Source: Limnothrix sp. BL-A-16
GTDB taxonomy: Bacteria > Cyanobacteriota > Cyanobacteriia > CACIAM-69d
DNA: 64,000 nucleotides
Direction: 5' to 3'
NCBI GenBank assembly: GCA_041937175.2
Contig: CP166615.1
Coordinates: 1,888,001 to 1,952,000, forward strand
Shown here: one piece after another, positions 21,512 to 31,512 of the stretch
How the letters are laid out: every line of letters starts with the position of its first letter
How positions within the stretch are numbered: position 1 is the first letter of the stretch
The notes under the pieces: generated by a model
Told to the model about the DNA's origin: nothing
What the model saw: only the letters and a program-made list of their open reading frames with translations
Databases searched by the model: none
Made by a program: the position numbers and the translations under genes

Positions 21512-22429
21512 ATGGCGGGCATTTTGGGGTTGCTGTGCGGCTTATTGCCCTTGGGTTTGGGCGGCTGTGCCAACGATGGTGCAGCCAGCCGAGCCTTGGA
21601 ACAATCCCTCGCGCCCGACCCGGCCTTGCAAGCGAGTCCTAGCCCCGCCGCTCAACCCAGCCCGAGTCCGAGCTTGATTGCTCCGAGTCCTGACCCGATC
21701 GCCAGCCCGATCGCCCCCAGTCCCAGCCCCAGCCCTAGTCCCACCGTTCAACCCAGCCCGATCGCCAGCCTCTCTCAGGAATTGCAACCCTATTGGCAAG
21801 ATTGGCGCAAGCTCGATCGCCTCCAGGGCCTCCAGGATCCGAACCAAATCGTGACCCGGCGGCAATTTGCCCGCTGGCTCGCGAGCGCCAATAACCAACT
21901 GTTCCAAAACCGTCCGGCCTGGCAGGTGCGATCGGCCAATGTCAGCAGCCAGCCCCTCTTCACCGATGTGCCCACTACGGATCCAGATTTTCCCACCATC
22001 CAAGGCTTGGCCGAAGCGGGCATTATCCCCAGTCGCTTAACGGGCAACAACAGCCCCACCTTCAGCCCCGATGGCCCCCTCACACGGGAAACCATGGTGC
22101 TGTGGAAAGTGCCCCTCGATTTGCGTCGTCCCTTGCCACCGGCCACCGTGGAAACCGTGCAAAAGGCCTGGGGATTTTTGGATGCAACCAAGGTAGATGC
22201 CCAGGCCCTCCGGGCGATCGCTGCCGATCGCGAGAACGGCGAACTCTCCAACATTCGCCGGGTTTTTGGGTTCACCACCCTTCTGCAACCCCAAAAACCG
22301 ATCACCCAAGGGGAAGCCGCCGCCGCTCTTTGGTACTTTGGCCCCGAAGGCCAAGGCATCACCGCCAAGGATTTGCTCAGCAATGCACCGTCCCCGATCG
22401 CCCCGCCAGCTTCCCCGGCCGTAAACTAA
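21512..22429 (+). CDS. S-layer homology domain lipoprotein
   Basis: Lipobox LGGC, Pro/Ser linker, FTDVP..DPDF..IQGLAEAGII, F.PD.PLTRE; preceded by degenerate 15-bp tandem repeats (about 21427-21516). Confidence 0.85.
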   Translation: MAGILGLLCGLLPLGLGGCANDGAASRALEQSLAPDPALQASPSPAAQPSPSPSLIAPSPDPIASPIAPSPSPSPSPTVQPSPIASLSQELQPYWQDWRKLDRLQGLQDPNQIVTRRQFARWLASANNQLFQNRPAWQVRSANVSSQPLFTDVPTTDPDFPTIQGLAEAGIIPSRLTGNNSPTFSPDGPLTRETMVLWKVPLDLRRPLPPATVETVQKAWGFLDATKVDAQALRAIAADRENGELSNIRRVFGFTTLLQPQKPITQGEAAAALWYFGPEGQGITAKDLLSNAPSPIAPPASPAVN

Positions 22430-22487
22430 ACGCAACGAATTCCCTGCTTTTGCACAAATTTTGGTGACCGCCGCGATAGAAAGATGA

Positions 22488-23267
22488 TTGCCGGCCTCAA
22501 CATCGATGTCTATTAGGTCTTCGTCTGTGGTGCGATTCACCTTCCAGCCTCCACCGCCAGGATCCCCCGATCCCGATCGCGATCGCCAATTAAACCAAAC
22601 CCTCCAAACCCTGGTGCTGCGGGCCCAAAGTCTACCGCCCCAAAGTCTAGAGTTCAGAAAAGCGATCGAGCAGGTGCTGAAACTTGTTTGTGAATCGAAC
22701 CGGCTTCGACGTTCTCTAGCAACCCAGAAGGTTTATCGAGATCACCCCCGTTATGAGGAGTTTTATCACGAGGCATTTTGCCGCTTGCTCGATTGGCTAA
22801 CCATCGCCATCCAGAAGAAACAGTACGATCCCGATCGGGGTGAAGTCATGACTTGGCTCAACGACAAACTCAAGTGGCTATTTAAGGATGCTGTCCGCGA
22901 TTTAACCGGCGTGCGCACACCCTTTGCAACCGGTGTAGATTTGGAAAACCTGGATGAGCGGGGCGAGCTGCCCGCCGATATGAACCCTTGGTCAGCACTC
23001 ATGGCGCAAGAAGAGCTGGATTCATCGGAAGTTTGGCGACTTTACAAAGCCCAAGATCCCGATGGATTGCTACAAAAAGTGGTTTTTGAGTCAATTCGCC
23101 TTGAACAACTGATTGATGCTAAAAATCAAGGAAAGAGTATGCGGAAATTGGCAATTGAGCTATCCGTCAATGCCAATACTCTTAGTTCTATCTACACTCG
23201 CAATAAAGATCAGTTCTTCGAGTCGGTTCGGCGCTTTAAGAAGTCGCTCCAACCGCCTGATGAATAG
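22488..23267 (+). CDS. sigma-70/ECF-like protein of the cyanobacterial DUF1822-associated type
   Basis: YHEAF...YDPDRGEVMTWLN resembles sigma region 2; C-terminal HTH KSMRKLAIELSVNANTLSSIY; start uncertain (22488 or 22506). Confidence 0.7.
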   Translation: MPASTSMSIRSSSVVRFTFQPPPPGSPDPDRDRQLNQTLQTLVLRAQSLPPQSLEFRKAIEQVLKLVCESNRLRRSLATQKVYRDHPRYEEFYHEAFCRLLDWLTIAIQKKQYDPDRGEVMTWLNDKLKWLFKDAVRDLTGVRTPFATGVDLENLDERGELPADMNPWSALMAQEELDSSEVWRLYKAQDPDGLLQKVVFESIRLEQLIDAKNQGKSMRKLAIELSVNANTLSSIYTRNKDQFFESVRRFKKSLQPPDE

Positions 23268-23683
23268 CCTAATTCACGCAGAAACTTCCTTGAACTTAGT
23301 TCTTTAGGAAAATTCTTCTCGTGAGTTGGTTAATCAAATCTAGACATGCATCTCCTAGTACACCCGCTCTCTTCATTTTCATCGTTTTTGTCACTCTCTA
23401 ATCAAGCCTACTCTTTAGCAAAAACCCTCTAAGAGGAGACAGTATTCTCGATTCAGGTGGCTTTAAATTTTCAATTGCTTCTTTCAATTGCTTCTTCTAA
23501 TTGACGATTGACCAAATATTGATCAACTCCAGTCGGGGACTACCATCCCTGGTCTTTGGTTTTTCAAAATTGGTATTGTCAATCAGAATTAATGATTGAA
23601 GACTACTTGAAATTAGCCTGAAACAAACTTGAATTTCAATCAAAATTGAGTTGGTTAACCCTCCAATGACGGACAACTAGATC

Positions 23684-24889
23684 ATGACCCTTGACCCCAT
23701 TTCACCCAATCCTCAACCCACAGAAACTAACCAGTTCCACGAAATAATTACAATTCCCTTGCGCGCCAAACACCGAGCCACCGCCGAACAATTTGCCCAG
23801 TCCGCAACGCATCCAAGCCAGCGTGATGTGATCTATCACAACACGTTGGCGATCCTAGCCCTCAGTGATTGGTTAAATTGGCTGCAAATTCCCCATTCCC
23901 ATCAGGATTGCGAGAGTTGGGATTCTGTAATTCGAGGATTTGATGATGTGGCGGATTTGGCGATCGAGGGAGTAGGTCGAGTAGAGTGCCGGCCGGTTTT
24001 TCCGGGGGCTGATGCTTTGGAAATCGCCCCAGAATCCCAAGCCGATCGGGTCGGCTACTTTGCCATTGGCTTGAATTTGCAAATGGGCGATCGCCCCGAA
24101 GCCACTTTGATTGGGTTTATCCCCACATCGGCCCTGTTCGATCGAGAACAAATTTGGCTCTCAGAACTCCAATCTTTGGATGATTTCTTAGAATGGTGGG
24201 ATGCAAAGGTTGCAGAAACTCGCATTGTAAATTCTGAAACTAGTCAACAGAATGTTTCAACCAGCAACGCAGTAGCCAGCTCGGAAATTGATCCCAAGAT
24301 TAATCCAGAGATCAATCCAAAGATTAATCCAACAATTAATCCTAGAATTAATCCAGAACCTGATTCAGAACTCCCTCCAGAAGTCAAACCAACGGGAGCC
24401 AAGCCGGCCGTTTCCCTGATCCCTTGGCTCGAAAATCAATTCGAGCATGGTTGGCAGAATCTGAACAGTTTATTGCAAGACATCCTAGAGCCAGATTCCT
24501 TTAGAGTCGGTTACCGAAAACAGCCAAAAATCACAGGGGCCAAAACCCTGGCGATCGAGACTTTGGAAAAGCCAATTCTGCTGAGTGTGGTGATTGGCAA
24601 CCATGAACTCACCGAAGAAGAAGAAATCAGGCCTGAGAACTTGTCTGAGAGCCTCCTGCTGTGGGACGTTACCATTCGGCTGCAACATCTGAATGTGGAA
24701 ATGCCTTTACCCAACGAATTGCAACTCATGCTTTTGGATCATTTGGGACAAACTATGGAGCAGACCACCCCAGAGGGCCACACAAGTCTAAAAATTGATT
24801 TCATTGCAGAACCTGGGGAAACCTTCATGGTGCAAGTGGTGCTGGGGGATTTTAAAGTTATTGAAACTTTAACTGCACCATTGTTGTAA
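23684..24889 (+). CDS. DUF1822 family protein
   Basis: AEQFA...IYHNTLAILA, DSVIRGFDDVADL, GRVECRPV, PESQADRVGYFA; C-terminal LP..LQLMLLD...PGETFMVQVVLG. Confidence 0.8.
   Translation: MTLDPISPNPQPTETNQFHEIITIPLRAKHRATAEQFAQSATHPSQRDVIYHNTLAILALSDWLNWLQIPHSHQDCESWDSVIRGFDDVADLAIEGVGRVECRPVFPGADALEIAPESQADRVGYFAIGLNLQMGDRPEATLIGFIPTSALFDREQIWLSELQSLDDFLEWWDAKVAETRIVNSETSQQNVSTSNAVASSEIDPKINPEINPKINPTINPRINPEPDSELPPEVKPTGAKPAVSLIPWLENQFEHGWQNLNSLLQDILEPDSFRVGYRKQPKITGAKTLAIETLEKPILLSVVIGNHELTEEEEIRPENLSESLLLWDVTIRLQHLNVEMPLPNELQLMLLDHLGQTMEQTTPEGHTSLKIDFIAEPGETFMVQVVLGDFKVIETLTAPLL
24290..24361 (+). repeat. degenerate 12-bp tandem repeat (NPxI x6) in the DUF1822 linker
   Basis: Encodes DPKI NPEI NPKI NPTI NPRI NPEP. 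Confidence 0.8.
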
Positions 24890-24944
24890 TTCGCGCCCGC
24901 TCGCTAGGGTTCGATAAAATGTGTCTGGTTTCGTCAGGGCTACC

Positions 24945-27900
24945 ATGGCACACATTTGGGGTCTACAAGCGCTAAACTGCCGCACCATCTCCCTGTTTGG
25001 AGTGGGGGTTATGTTAACCCATGGGTTGATGGCAAGCTTTTTGGCCACTGCTGCGGTTGCTGAGTCGATCGCCCCGGATGGTCAACTTTCAACCACGGTG
25101 CAGCAACGGGAACCCAACCAATGGACGATCGAGGGGGGCGATCGGGCCGGGAGCAACCTGTTTCATAGTTTTCAGCAATTTTCGATTCCCACGGGTGGGC
25201 TGGCTCACTTCAACAATGCCGCCGACGTGGCCAACATTTTTGCCCGCGTGACCGGTGGCCAGCGATCACTCCTGGACGGAACGCTGAGGGCCAATGGGGC
25301 AGCCAATCTTTTCCTATTAAATCCAGCGGGGATTTTGTTTGGGCCCAATGCTCGCCTAGATCTGGGCGGGTCGTTTTTTGCGAGTACGGCCGATCGCCTG
25401 GTGTTTGCGGATGGGCTGAGTTTTGGGGTGAACGACTCGGCGGGGCGGCCGTTGCTGTCGATGACTGTACCGGTGGGATTGCAGTATGGGTCTGCGCCGG
25501 GGCCGATTCGGGTGGAGGCGCGATCGCTCGATCCAACTGCGACTGTTCCCACGGGTTTAGAAGTGAAACCGAGTCAGGCGATCGGCTTGTTTGGTGGGGC
25601 GATCGAGCTGGATGGTGGTGTGTTGATTGCGCCGCGTGGTCGCCTGCAACTGATCGCCAACAATCCCGATGCAACCCTGGCGTTTAATGCACCAATTGCC
25701 ACCATTCAAACCACAAATTCCGGATCGATCGGCACTGGTCAAGCTGCTATTTCACCATCGAACATTCTATTAACGAATAAAGCCCTTTTGGACGTTCGAG
25801 ACCCGGTTCAGGGTGGGACGGTGCAATTAGATGGCCACAACATCACCCTCACTTCTGGTTCTAAGGTTTTTGCAGGTGTTATTCCTAGTTCCTTAGAGAA
25901 AAACTCTGAATTGAGTGTGACTAACCTTGATCCCACCATTCTTGCGACATTACCCACTAGTGGCGATATTATTGCCCGAGCCACTGATACGATCACTCTA
26001 GATGGAGGGTTAACCTTTTTTTCTAATGGTGTTGATCCAGATTCCGTGGGTAATGCTGGCAATACCACACTAAATGCTCAATTGATTCAGCTATCTAATG
26101 GTGGTCGTGTTTATACCGGAACTGAGGGATTAGGGAATGCGGGAAATTTATCCCTAACGGCTGACAAATTAACGGTGACCGGTGCAAGCTCAAAGCCCTA
26201 TTTATTTAGTGGCGTTCTCAACTTGGCAGAGACATCAGGGTTAGGCAATGGTGGGCGAATTGATATCCAAGTCAACTCAATTTATATGACTGACGGCGGC
26301 TCAATTCGGGCTAATACTTCAGGGCAGGGGAATGCAGGTCGGATTACCATCCGAGCAACAGGCGATATTTTGATTGAGCGCGTGGATATTAGACCTGAAA
26401 TAGAAGTCGATCGAGACCCGAGCGGAATCTATAGCCGCAGCACAGAAAATTCCACGGGGAATGGTGGAACCATCGATCTTCAGGCGCGATCGCTCACGCT
26501 TCGCGATGGTGGATTCATCAATGCCAACACGCTTGGAAGCGGCAATGCAGGCAGTTTATTAATTAATGTCAGTGAAGCAATTAACATCTCTGGTGTAGGC
26601 CAATTAGAAGAAACACTTATATTTTCTGAAACAGAAAGACTTGTTTTTCAGCAATCTAGTGGATTGTATAGCTCCGTTTCAAGAACGGGTACAGGGGAAG
26701 GAGGAAATATTCAGGTTAATACCAATGCTTTGTCTGTTCTGGAGGGTGGCTTAATTATCACGAGAACCAACGGGCGCGGTAATGCTGGCAATATTCGGAT
26801 TTTTGTGCCGGGGCCTGTGATTGTTGATGGAGTTGGCCCTGATTTATCAGCTAGTGCAATCTTGAGTTCTGCTGAGCGGGGAAGTCGCGGTAGCGGTGGA
26901 ACGATTCGAGTAGAAGCACAATCACTAACGGTTTCTAATGGTGCTGTAATTAATACCCAAACATTCTCTAACCAAGATGCAGGAAGCATTGTGCTTGAAG
27001 CAGATCGCCTATCATTTTTGAATGGAGGACAAGCGATCGCCACGACCCAGAGTGCAGGTCGGGCGGGTGACATCACCATTCAGGCAAATGAGATGGTCGT
27101 CGCAGGGCTTGATCCGCTTTTTTCTGAGCGACAAAAGCTCTTTGAAAACAGTGTTGATAACAACATCATTGGGCAAAACTTAGGATCGTTTAGCGGCATT
27201 TTTGTGGGAGCAGATGTCGAGTCAACGGGAGAAGGAGGCAGCCTTGATATACAAGCCGCATCCTTGACCTTACAGCCAGGAACAACCTTAGCCGTGGGGT
27301 CATCTGGCAGTGGCGCAGCGGGACGGATGCGACTCGTTGTTGACCAGTTGCAGATGAATAATGGGCATTTGTCAGCCGAAACGCGATCGGGGGCGTTTGG
27401 CGGTATCCAAATTGATAGCCAAGGGATCGAATTACGGGAGCGATCGCTGATCAGCACCAACGCTCAGGGGGAAGCCACGGGCGGCAACATTGTGATTGAC
27501 ACTGACACGCTGGTGGCACTGGAAAACAGCGATATTGCCGCAAATTCGGTGAATAGTTTTGGTGGGCGGGTGAATTTGCGGGCCCAAGGGGTGTTTGGCA
27601 CGGCGTTTCGGGAAGCACTGACTGATCGCAGTGATATCACCGTCAGCTCGGCAAGGGGGCCAGAATTTAGTGGCACGGCGCAACTGGAAGTGCTGAACCC
27701 CGACCCGGCCCGAGGGGCGATCGCCCTGCCGACGGCGGTTGGTGTGCCCCCCAAACCCACCAGCCCCTGCGGCCGCCGATCGGATCCGAGGGCGATCGAG
27801 TTTTTTGCCTTGGGACGGGCGGGCCAAGCACCCAACCCGATCGAGGCGGCTACCTTGGAAACCATGCCCTTTGCGGCGGATTTGCGCCCGATCGCCCCAA

Positions 27901-28061
27901 CGACCACCGCCCAAGCCGAAACCACCCCTCCGCTGCGGGAGCCAATCTTGGAAGCCACCCATTGGCAAAGAACCGAAACCGGACAAATTCAGTTGGTGGC
28001 CGCTGCTCCAGTGCAATGGGCGGGATTTGACTCTGGTTGCCGTTGGGGGGCTGAACCATGA
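24945..28061 (+). CDS. filamentous haemagglutinin N-terminal (TpsA-like) exoprotein
   Basis: Signal peptide, GSNLFHSFQQFSIP, NIFARVTGG, NLFLLNPAGILFG, repeated GNAG.I.I beta-helix motifs, C-terminal PILEATHW. Confidence 0.9.
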   Translation: MAHIWGLQALNCRTISLFGVGVMLTHGLMASFLATAAVAESIAPDGQLSTTVQQREPNQWTIEGGDRAGSNLFHSFQQFSIPTGGLAHFNNAADVANIFARVTGGQRSLLDGTLRANGAANLFLLNPAGILFGPNARLDLGGSFFASTADRLVFADGLSFGVNDSAGRPLLSMTVPVGLQYGSAPGPIRVEARSLDPTATVPTGLEVKPSQAIGLFGGAIELDGGVLIAPRGRLQLIANNPDATLAFNAPIATIQTTNSGSIGTGQAAISPSNILLTNKALLDVRDPVQGGTVQLDGHNITLTSGSKVFAGVIPSSLEKNSELSVTNLDPTILATLPTSGDIIARATDTITLDGGLTFFSNGVDPDSVGNAGNTTLNAQLIQLSNGGRVYTGTEGLGNAGNLSLTADKLTVTGASSKPYLFSGVLNLAETSGLGNGGRIDIQVNSIYMTDGGSIRANTSGQGNAGRITIRATGDILIERVDIRPEIEVDRDPSGIYSRSTENSTGNGGTIDLQARSLTLRDGGFINANTLGSGNAGSLLINVSEAINISGVGQLEETLIFSETERLVFQQSSGLYSSVSRTGTGEGGNIQVNTNALSVLEGGLIITRTNGRGNAGNIRIFVPGPVIVDGVGPDLSASAILSSAERGSRGSGGTIRVEAQSLTVSNGAVINTQTFSNQDAGSIVLEADRLSFLNGGQAIATTQSAGRAGDITIQANEMVVAGLDPLFSERQKLFENSVDNNIIGQNLGSFSGIFVGADVESTGEGGSLDIQAASLTLQPGTTLAVGSSGSGAAGRMRLVVDQLQMNNGHLSAETRSGAFGGIQIDSQGIELRERSLISTNAQGEATGGNIVIDTDTLVALENSDIAANSVNSFGGRVNLRAQGVFGTAFREALTDRSDITVSSARGPEFSGTAQLEVLNPDPARGAIALPTAVGVPPKPTSPCGRRSDPRAIEFFALGRAGQAPNPIEAATLETMPFAADLRPIAPTTTAQAETTPPLREPILEATHWQRTETGQIQLVAAAPVQWAGFDSGCRWGAEP

Positions 28062-30661
28062 ACCAATCCTGGTCTCGTCGATCGCTTCTGGGTTTGTTGG
28101 GCTGGGGCGGGGCGATCGCCCTGTCGGGTCTCGGGGAACGGGCCCAAGCCCAAGCCTTGGACGACTTGCTCGCAGCGGGCCGACAAGCCTATCACGAGGG
28201 TCGCTATCGGGAGGCGATCGCCCTTTGGCAATCGGTGTTGGAACCAGCAACGCAGCGGGACGATCGGGAAACAATCGGCCTGGTGGCGAGTTATTTGACT
28301 TGGGCCCACCTGCAACTCAGTGAAATGACGGCGGCCCAAGCTTGGATCGATCGGGGGCGATCGGCCCTCGCGGGTGGTCTGTCGGCTGCCGTGGCCGCTC
28401 GGCTGTGGGGAGCCGCTGGAGCAACTGCCGCCCTTCAACAGCAGTGGAGTGTGGCGGAGCAGGCTTTTCAAATGGCCGCCCAGCAATACCAAGCGGCCAG
28501 CGACTCCGTGGGAACCCTGAACAGCCAAATTGACGAGGCCGCCGTTTGGCAGGGGGCCGGCAACCAGCGCCGGGCCTTGGAACGGCTGTGGGATTTGCAG
28601 CACCACTGGCAACAGGAACCGCCCCAGGAACCGGAGGCGATCGCCGTTCGGGCCCGGGGATTACATCGCTTGGCCCTGGCGTTGCTGTGGGCCGAAGACT
28701 TTGAACAGGCTTGGCAGGCGGCGATCGAGGCGAAACCGGTTTTGGGCGCGGCGGCGGAATTGACCTTGGCCCAAATCGCCAGTTGGCGGGCGGCCATGGA
28801 CGGATCCGCCGCCGAGCAGGCTAGTTGGGCTGAAACCGCGATCGAGCACTATCACGCGGTGATTTTGGGGCCCGATCCAGCCCTATGGCGATCGGCCATG
28901 GTTGGGCGACTGGAATTGGCCACAGAACGCGGGCGGCCAGAGTCGTCGGAGTGGGCGGAACAATTGCGACTGGTGGCCCAGCGCTGGACAGGGGGGCGAT
29001 CGGCTGTGGCGTTGCAGTTGGCGGCGGCCCGGGCCTTAAGCCAATTAAACCAACCGATGCCCATGGCGCAGGTGTTGTCCCTGGTGCAACGGGCCCAACA
29101 GCAGGCGGAATCCTTGGGCGATCGGGCCCTGTTGGGTTGGGCTTGGCAATTGCGCGGCCAGGTGTTGGCCCAAGGGAGCGATCGGGCAGGGGCGGCCCAA
29201 GCGGCCCGATCGGCCCTGGGGCAATGGGAACCGCTCGATCGGCCCGAATGGAACTATGAGGCCCTGTGGCTGTGGGGGCGAATGGCGCACCATTTGGGCC
29301 AAGCCCGCGAGGCTTTAGCTGCTTACCGCTTGGCCGCCGAAGCGGCCCAAGCCGCCCGCTCCAGTTTGGCGGGCCTGAGTGTGCGGCTGCCGGGACTGCA
29401 AACGGAAGGGGTGCAAGGCTGGCTCGATCGCGCCGAGCCGCTCTATCGCCAACAAATGGGACTGCTGTTTGGTTCGGCCGAAACCAACCATTGGATTGAA
29501 GCCAGCGAACAGCTCCAAAATCTGCAACTGCAACGGATTGAGAATTTTTTGCAATGTCGCCTTGACAATCCTGCCCCGTCGAACTTGCTTCAGTTGGCTG
29601 ACTCGACTACCGATGAACGAACGGCGGTGGTGGTGGTGGCGATCACGGAATTGCCACCGGATTTGGCCTCGGGATCGGCCAACCGGTTGATCGATACGCT
29701 GGTGCGCTGGAAGGATCCCCAAACGGGCCAAGAACGCCAAAACCTGCACCGCCAGCCGATCGCCCGATCCGAGTTGGAGACGATCGTCAAACGCCTCACC
29801 CGCCACTTCAGACAAGTGGGCAGGGCCCGCGCCTTGCAACAGGACAGCCAACAGCTCTATCGCTGGATTTTGGAACCCCATCGCCCGATCCTGACGGCGG
29901 CGGACATTAACCTGTTGGTTTGTGTGTTGGATCCTTCCCTACGGAACTTGCCGATCGATGCCTTGTTTGACGGAGAGCGCTATTTGGTGGAATCCTTTGC
30001 CGTCGCGATCGCCCCTGATGTGAAGCTGGATCCAGCCTCCGATCGGGGACGGCGCGGCCCGGCCCTGTGGGCTGGCTTGTCCGAACCGCGCGAGGGCTTT
30101 GCGGCCCTGGCTCCCGTGCCCCAACAGCTTGCCCAGTTGGGAAAACTGCTGAAGGGGCAAGTTTTGCTCAACCAGCAATTTACGCCCAGGGCCTTGACCC
30201 AAGCCTTGGTCAGCCAACCGATCACCGTGTTGCACTTGGCCACCCATGGGCAATTTAGTTCCCAGCGCGATGACACCTTCTTGCTGACCTGGGAAGGCAA
30301 GCTCAACACGGAAGATTTGGATCAGTTGCTGAAGGAGCGGTGGGCCAAGCGGTCGGAACCATTGGATTTGCTCACCTTGTCCGCCTGCCAAACGGCCACG
30401 GGCGATCGTTACGAGGCCTTGGGTTTAGCAGGGTTGGCGGTGCGATCGGGCGCGCGCAGTCTGGTGTCTTCGTTGTGGAATATTCCCGCCGACGACACCG
30501 CCAATCAGTTTTTTAGTCAGTTTTACAGGGGTTGGCTGGCTGGACTGTCCAAAGCCCGCGCCCTCCAGCAGGCCAAGCTAAAGCTGCTGAGCGATCAAGG
30601 CAACCTCGCTGCCGATCCCTATTCCTGGGCGGGCTTTGTCCTAATTGGTGACTGGCGCTAG
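28058..30661 (+). CDS. TPR-like/CHAT (caspase-HetF family) protease with a twin-arginine signal
   Basis: SRRSLL plus hydrophobic stretch and AQA; helical repeats; catalytic LHLATHG and LTLSACQTA; PYSWAGFVLIGDW; ATGA overlap with the upstream gene. Confidence 0.92.
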   Translation: MNQSWSRRSLLGLLGWGGAIALSGLGERAQAQALDDLLAAGRQAYHEGRYREAIALWQSVLEPATQRDDRETIGLVASYLTWAHLQLSEMTAAQAWIDRGRSALAGGLSAAVAARLWGAAGATAALQQQWSVAEQAFQMAAQQYQAASDSVGTLNSQIDEAAVWQGAGNQRRALERLWDLQHHWQQEPPQEPEAIAVRARGLHRLALALLWAEDFEQAWQAAIEAKPVLGAAAELTLAQIASWRAAMDGSAAEQASWAETAIEHYHAVILGPDPALWRSAMVGRLELATERGRPESSEWAEQLRLVAQRWTGGRSAVALQLAAARALSQLNQPMPMAQVLSLVQRAQQQAESLGDRALLGWAWQLRGQVLAQGSDRAGAAQAARSALGQWEPLDRPEWNYEALWLWGRMAHHLGQAREALAAYRLAAEAAQAARSSLAGLSVRLPGLQTEGVQGWLDRAEPLYRQQMGLLFGSAETNHWIEASEQLQNLQLQRIENFLQCRLDNPAPSNLLQLADSTTDERTAVVVVAITELPPDLASGSANRLIDTLVRWKDPQTGQERQNLHRQPIARSELETIVKRLTRHFRQVGRARALQQDSQQLYRWILEPHRPILTAADINLLVCVLDPSLRNLPIDALFDGERYLVESFAVAIAPDVKLDPASDRGRRGPALWAGLSEPREGFAALAPVPQQLAQLGKLLKGQVLLNQQFTPRALTQALVSQPITVLHLATHGQFSSQRDDTFLLTWEGKLNTEDLDQLLKERWAKRSEPLDLLTLSACQTATGDRYEALGLAGLAVRSGARSLVSSLWNIPADDTANQFFSQFYRGWLAGLSKARALQQAKLKLLSDQGNLAADPYSWAGFVLIGDWR

Positions 30662-31420
30662 CTGAAGCGGCGCGGCCAAGGGGGCCTCGCGCAAATCGCT
30701 AAAGCCCTCCTGATCCAGGAGTTCTATCAATTGGGGCGATCGCCCTTGGCCGTCGGGACTCAAGAGCCGATCGAGCTGATCCAACCAATATTCCGTTTTG
30801 GCATGGGCCGCATGGACGATCGTGCCCATCACAAAGTCCACCGTTTCCTCGGGTCGATTGGCACAGCTCACTCGCAAATACCAGTGATAGAAGCGATTAG
30901 GCACAAGACCCGGGCCGTTGGGCAATAGGGGCAATCGCAGCAGCCCCGCTTGGGAACCCATCACCAGGCGCTGCTGATCCAGGGAATGACCGACCGCATC
31001 TTGCAATTCCCATTCCAACACCGTGCCCGCTGGATAGCGCACATAAAACCACAACCCAGGCTGAGCATGGCGGGTTTCGCCCAAAACCACCGTTGTCCCA
31101 TCTTCCCAAATAGTCTGCGGAACCAGCGCCACCAACAGCTTGGCCGGATCCGCTGACCCCCCCACAACACAGCCGCTATAGCTCCCGGCCCCGCGCCCGC
31201 GGCCATTGATCGGGCGATCGCCCCGCACAGGGGGTCTGGTTTGTTTGAGCTGCCGCTGAGTTTGGTTCAGGGTTGGATGGGCCAGGCGGGCGATCGGCTG
31301 GAGCGGGTCGATCGCCCATCCCGGCAAGGCTCCGAGCGTCACCCCCGCCAATAAACTACCCAAAACAATGCCCATGCGGGGTAGTCCAAACCCAACACAA
31401 CAAGACTGAACATGAATCAT
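30641..31420 (-). CDS. DUF928 domain protein
   Basis: Signal-like N-terminus, GRGRGAGSYSGC, LVALVP, PGLWFYVRYP, YHWYLRVSC, WLDQL; convergent with the CHAT gene, 21-bp overlap. Confidence 0.75.
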   Translation of the reverse strand: MIHVQSCCVGFGLPRMGIVLGSLLAGVTLGALPGWAIDPLQPIARLAHPTLNQTQRQLKQTRPPVRGDRPINGRGRGAGSYSGCVVGGSADPAKLLVALVPQTIWEDGTTVVLGETRHAQPGLWFYVRYPAGTVLEWELQDAVGHSLDQQRLVMGSQAGLLRLPLLPNGPGLVPNRFYHWYLRVSCANRPEETVDFVMGTIVHAAHAKTEYWLDQLDRLLSPDGQGRSPQLIELLDQEGFSDLREAPLAAPLQLAPVTN

Positions 31421-31512
31421 GATTCAGAAGAGGGGAAAGATAGGTGCTCAATCACTATCTTCCCCGAAATTTCTCTGATTCGCCTGAATCAAGGCGAGTT
31501 AACCGGCCTGGT

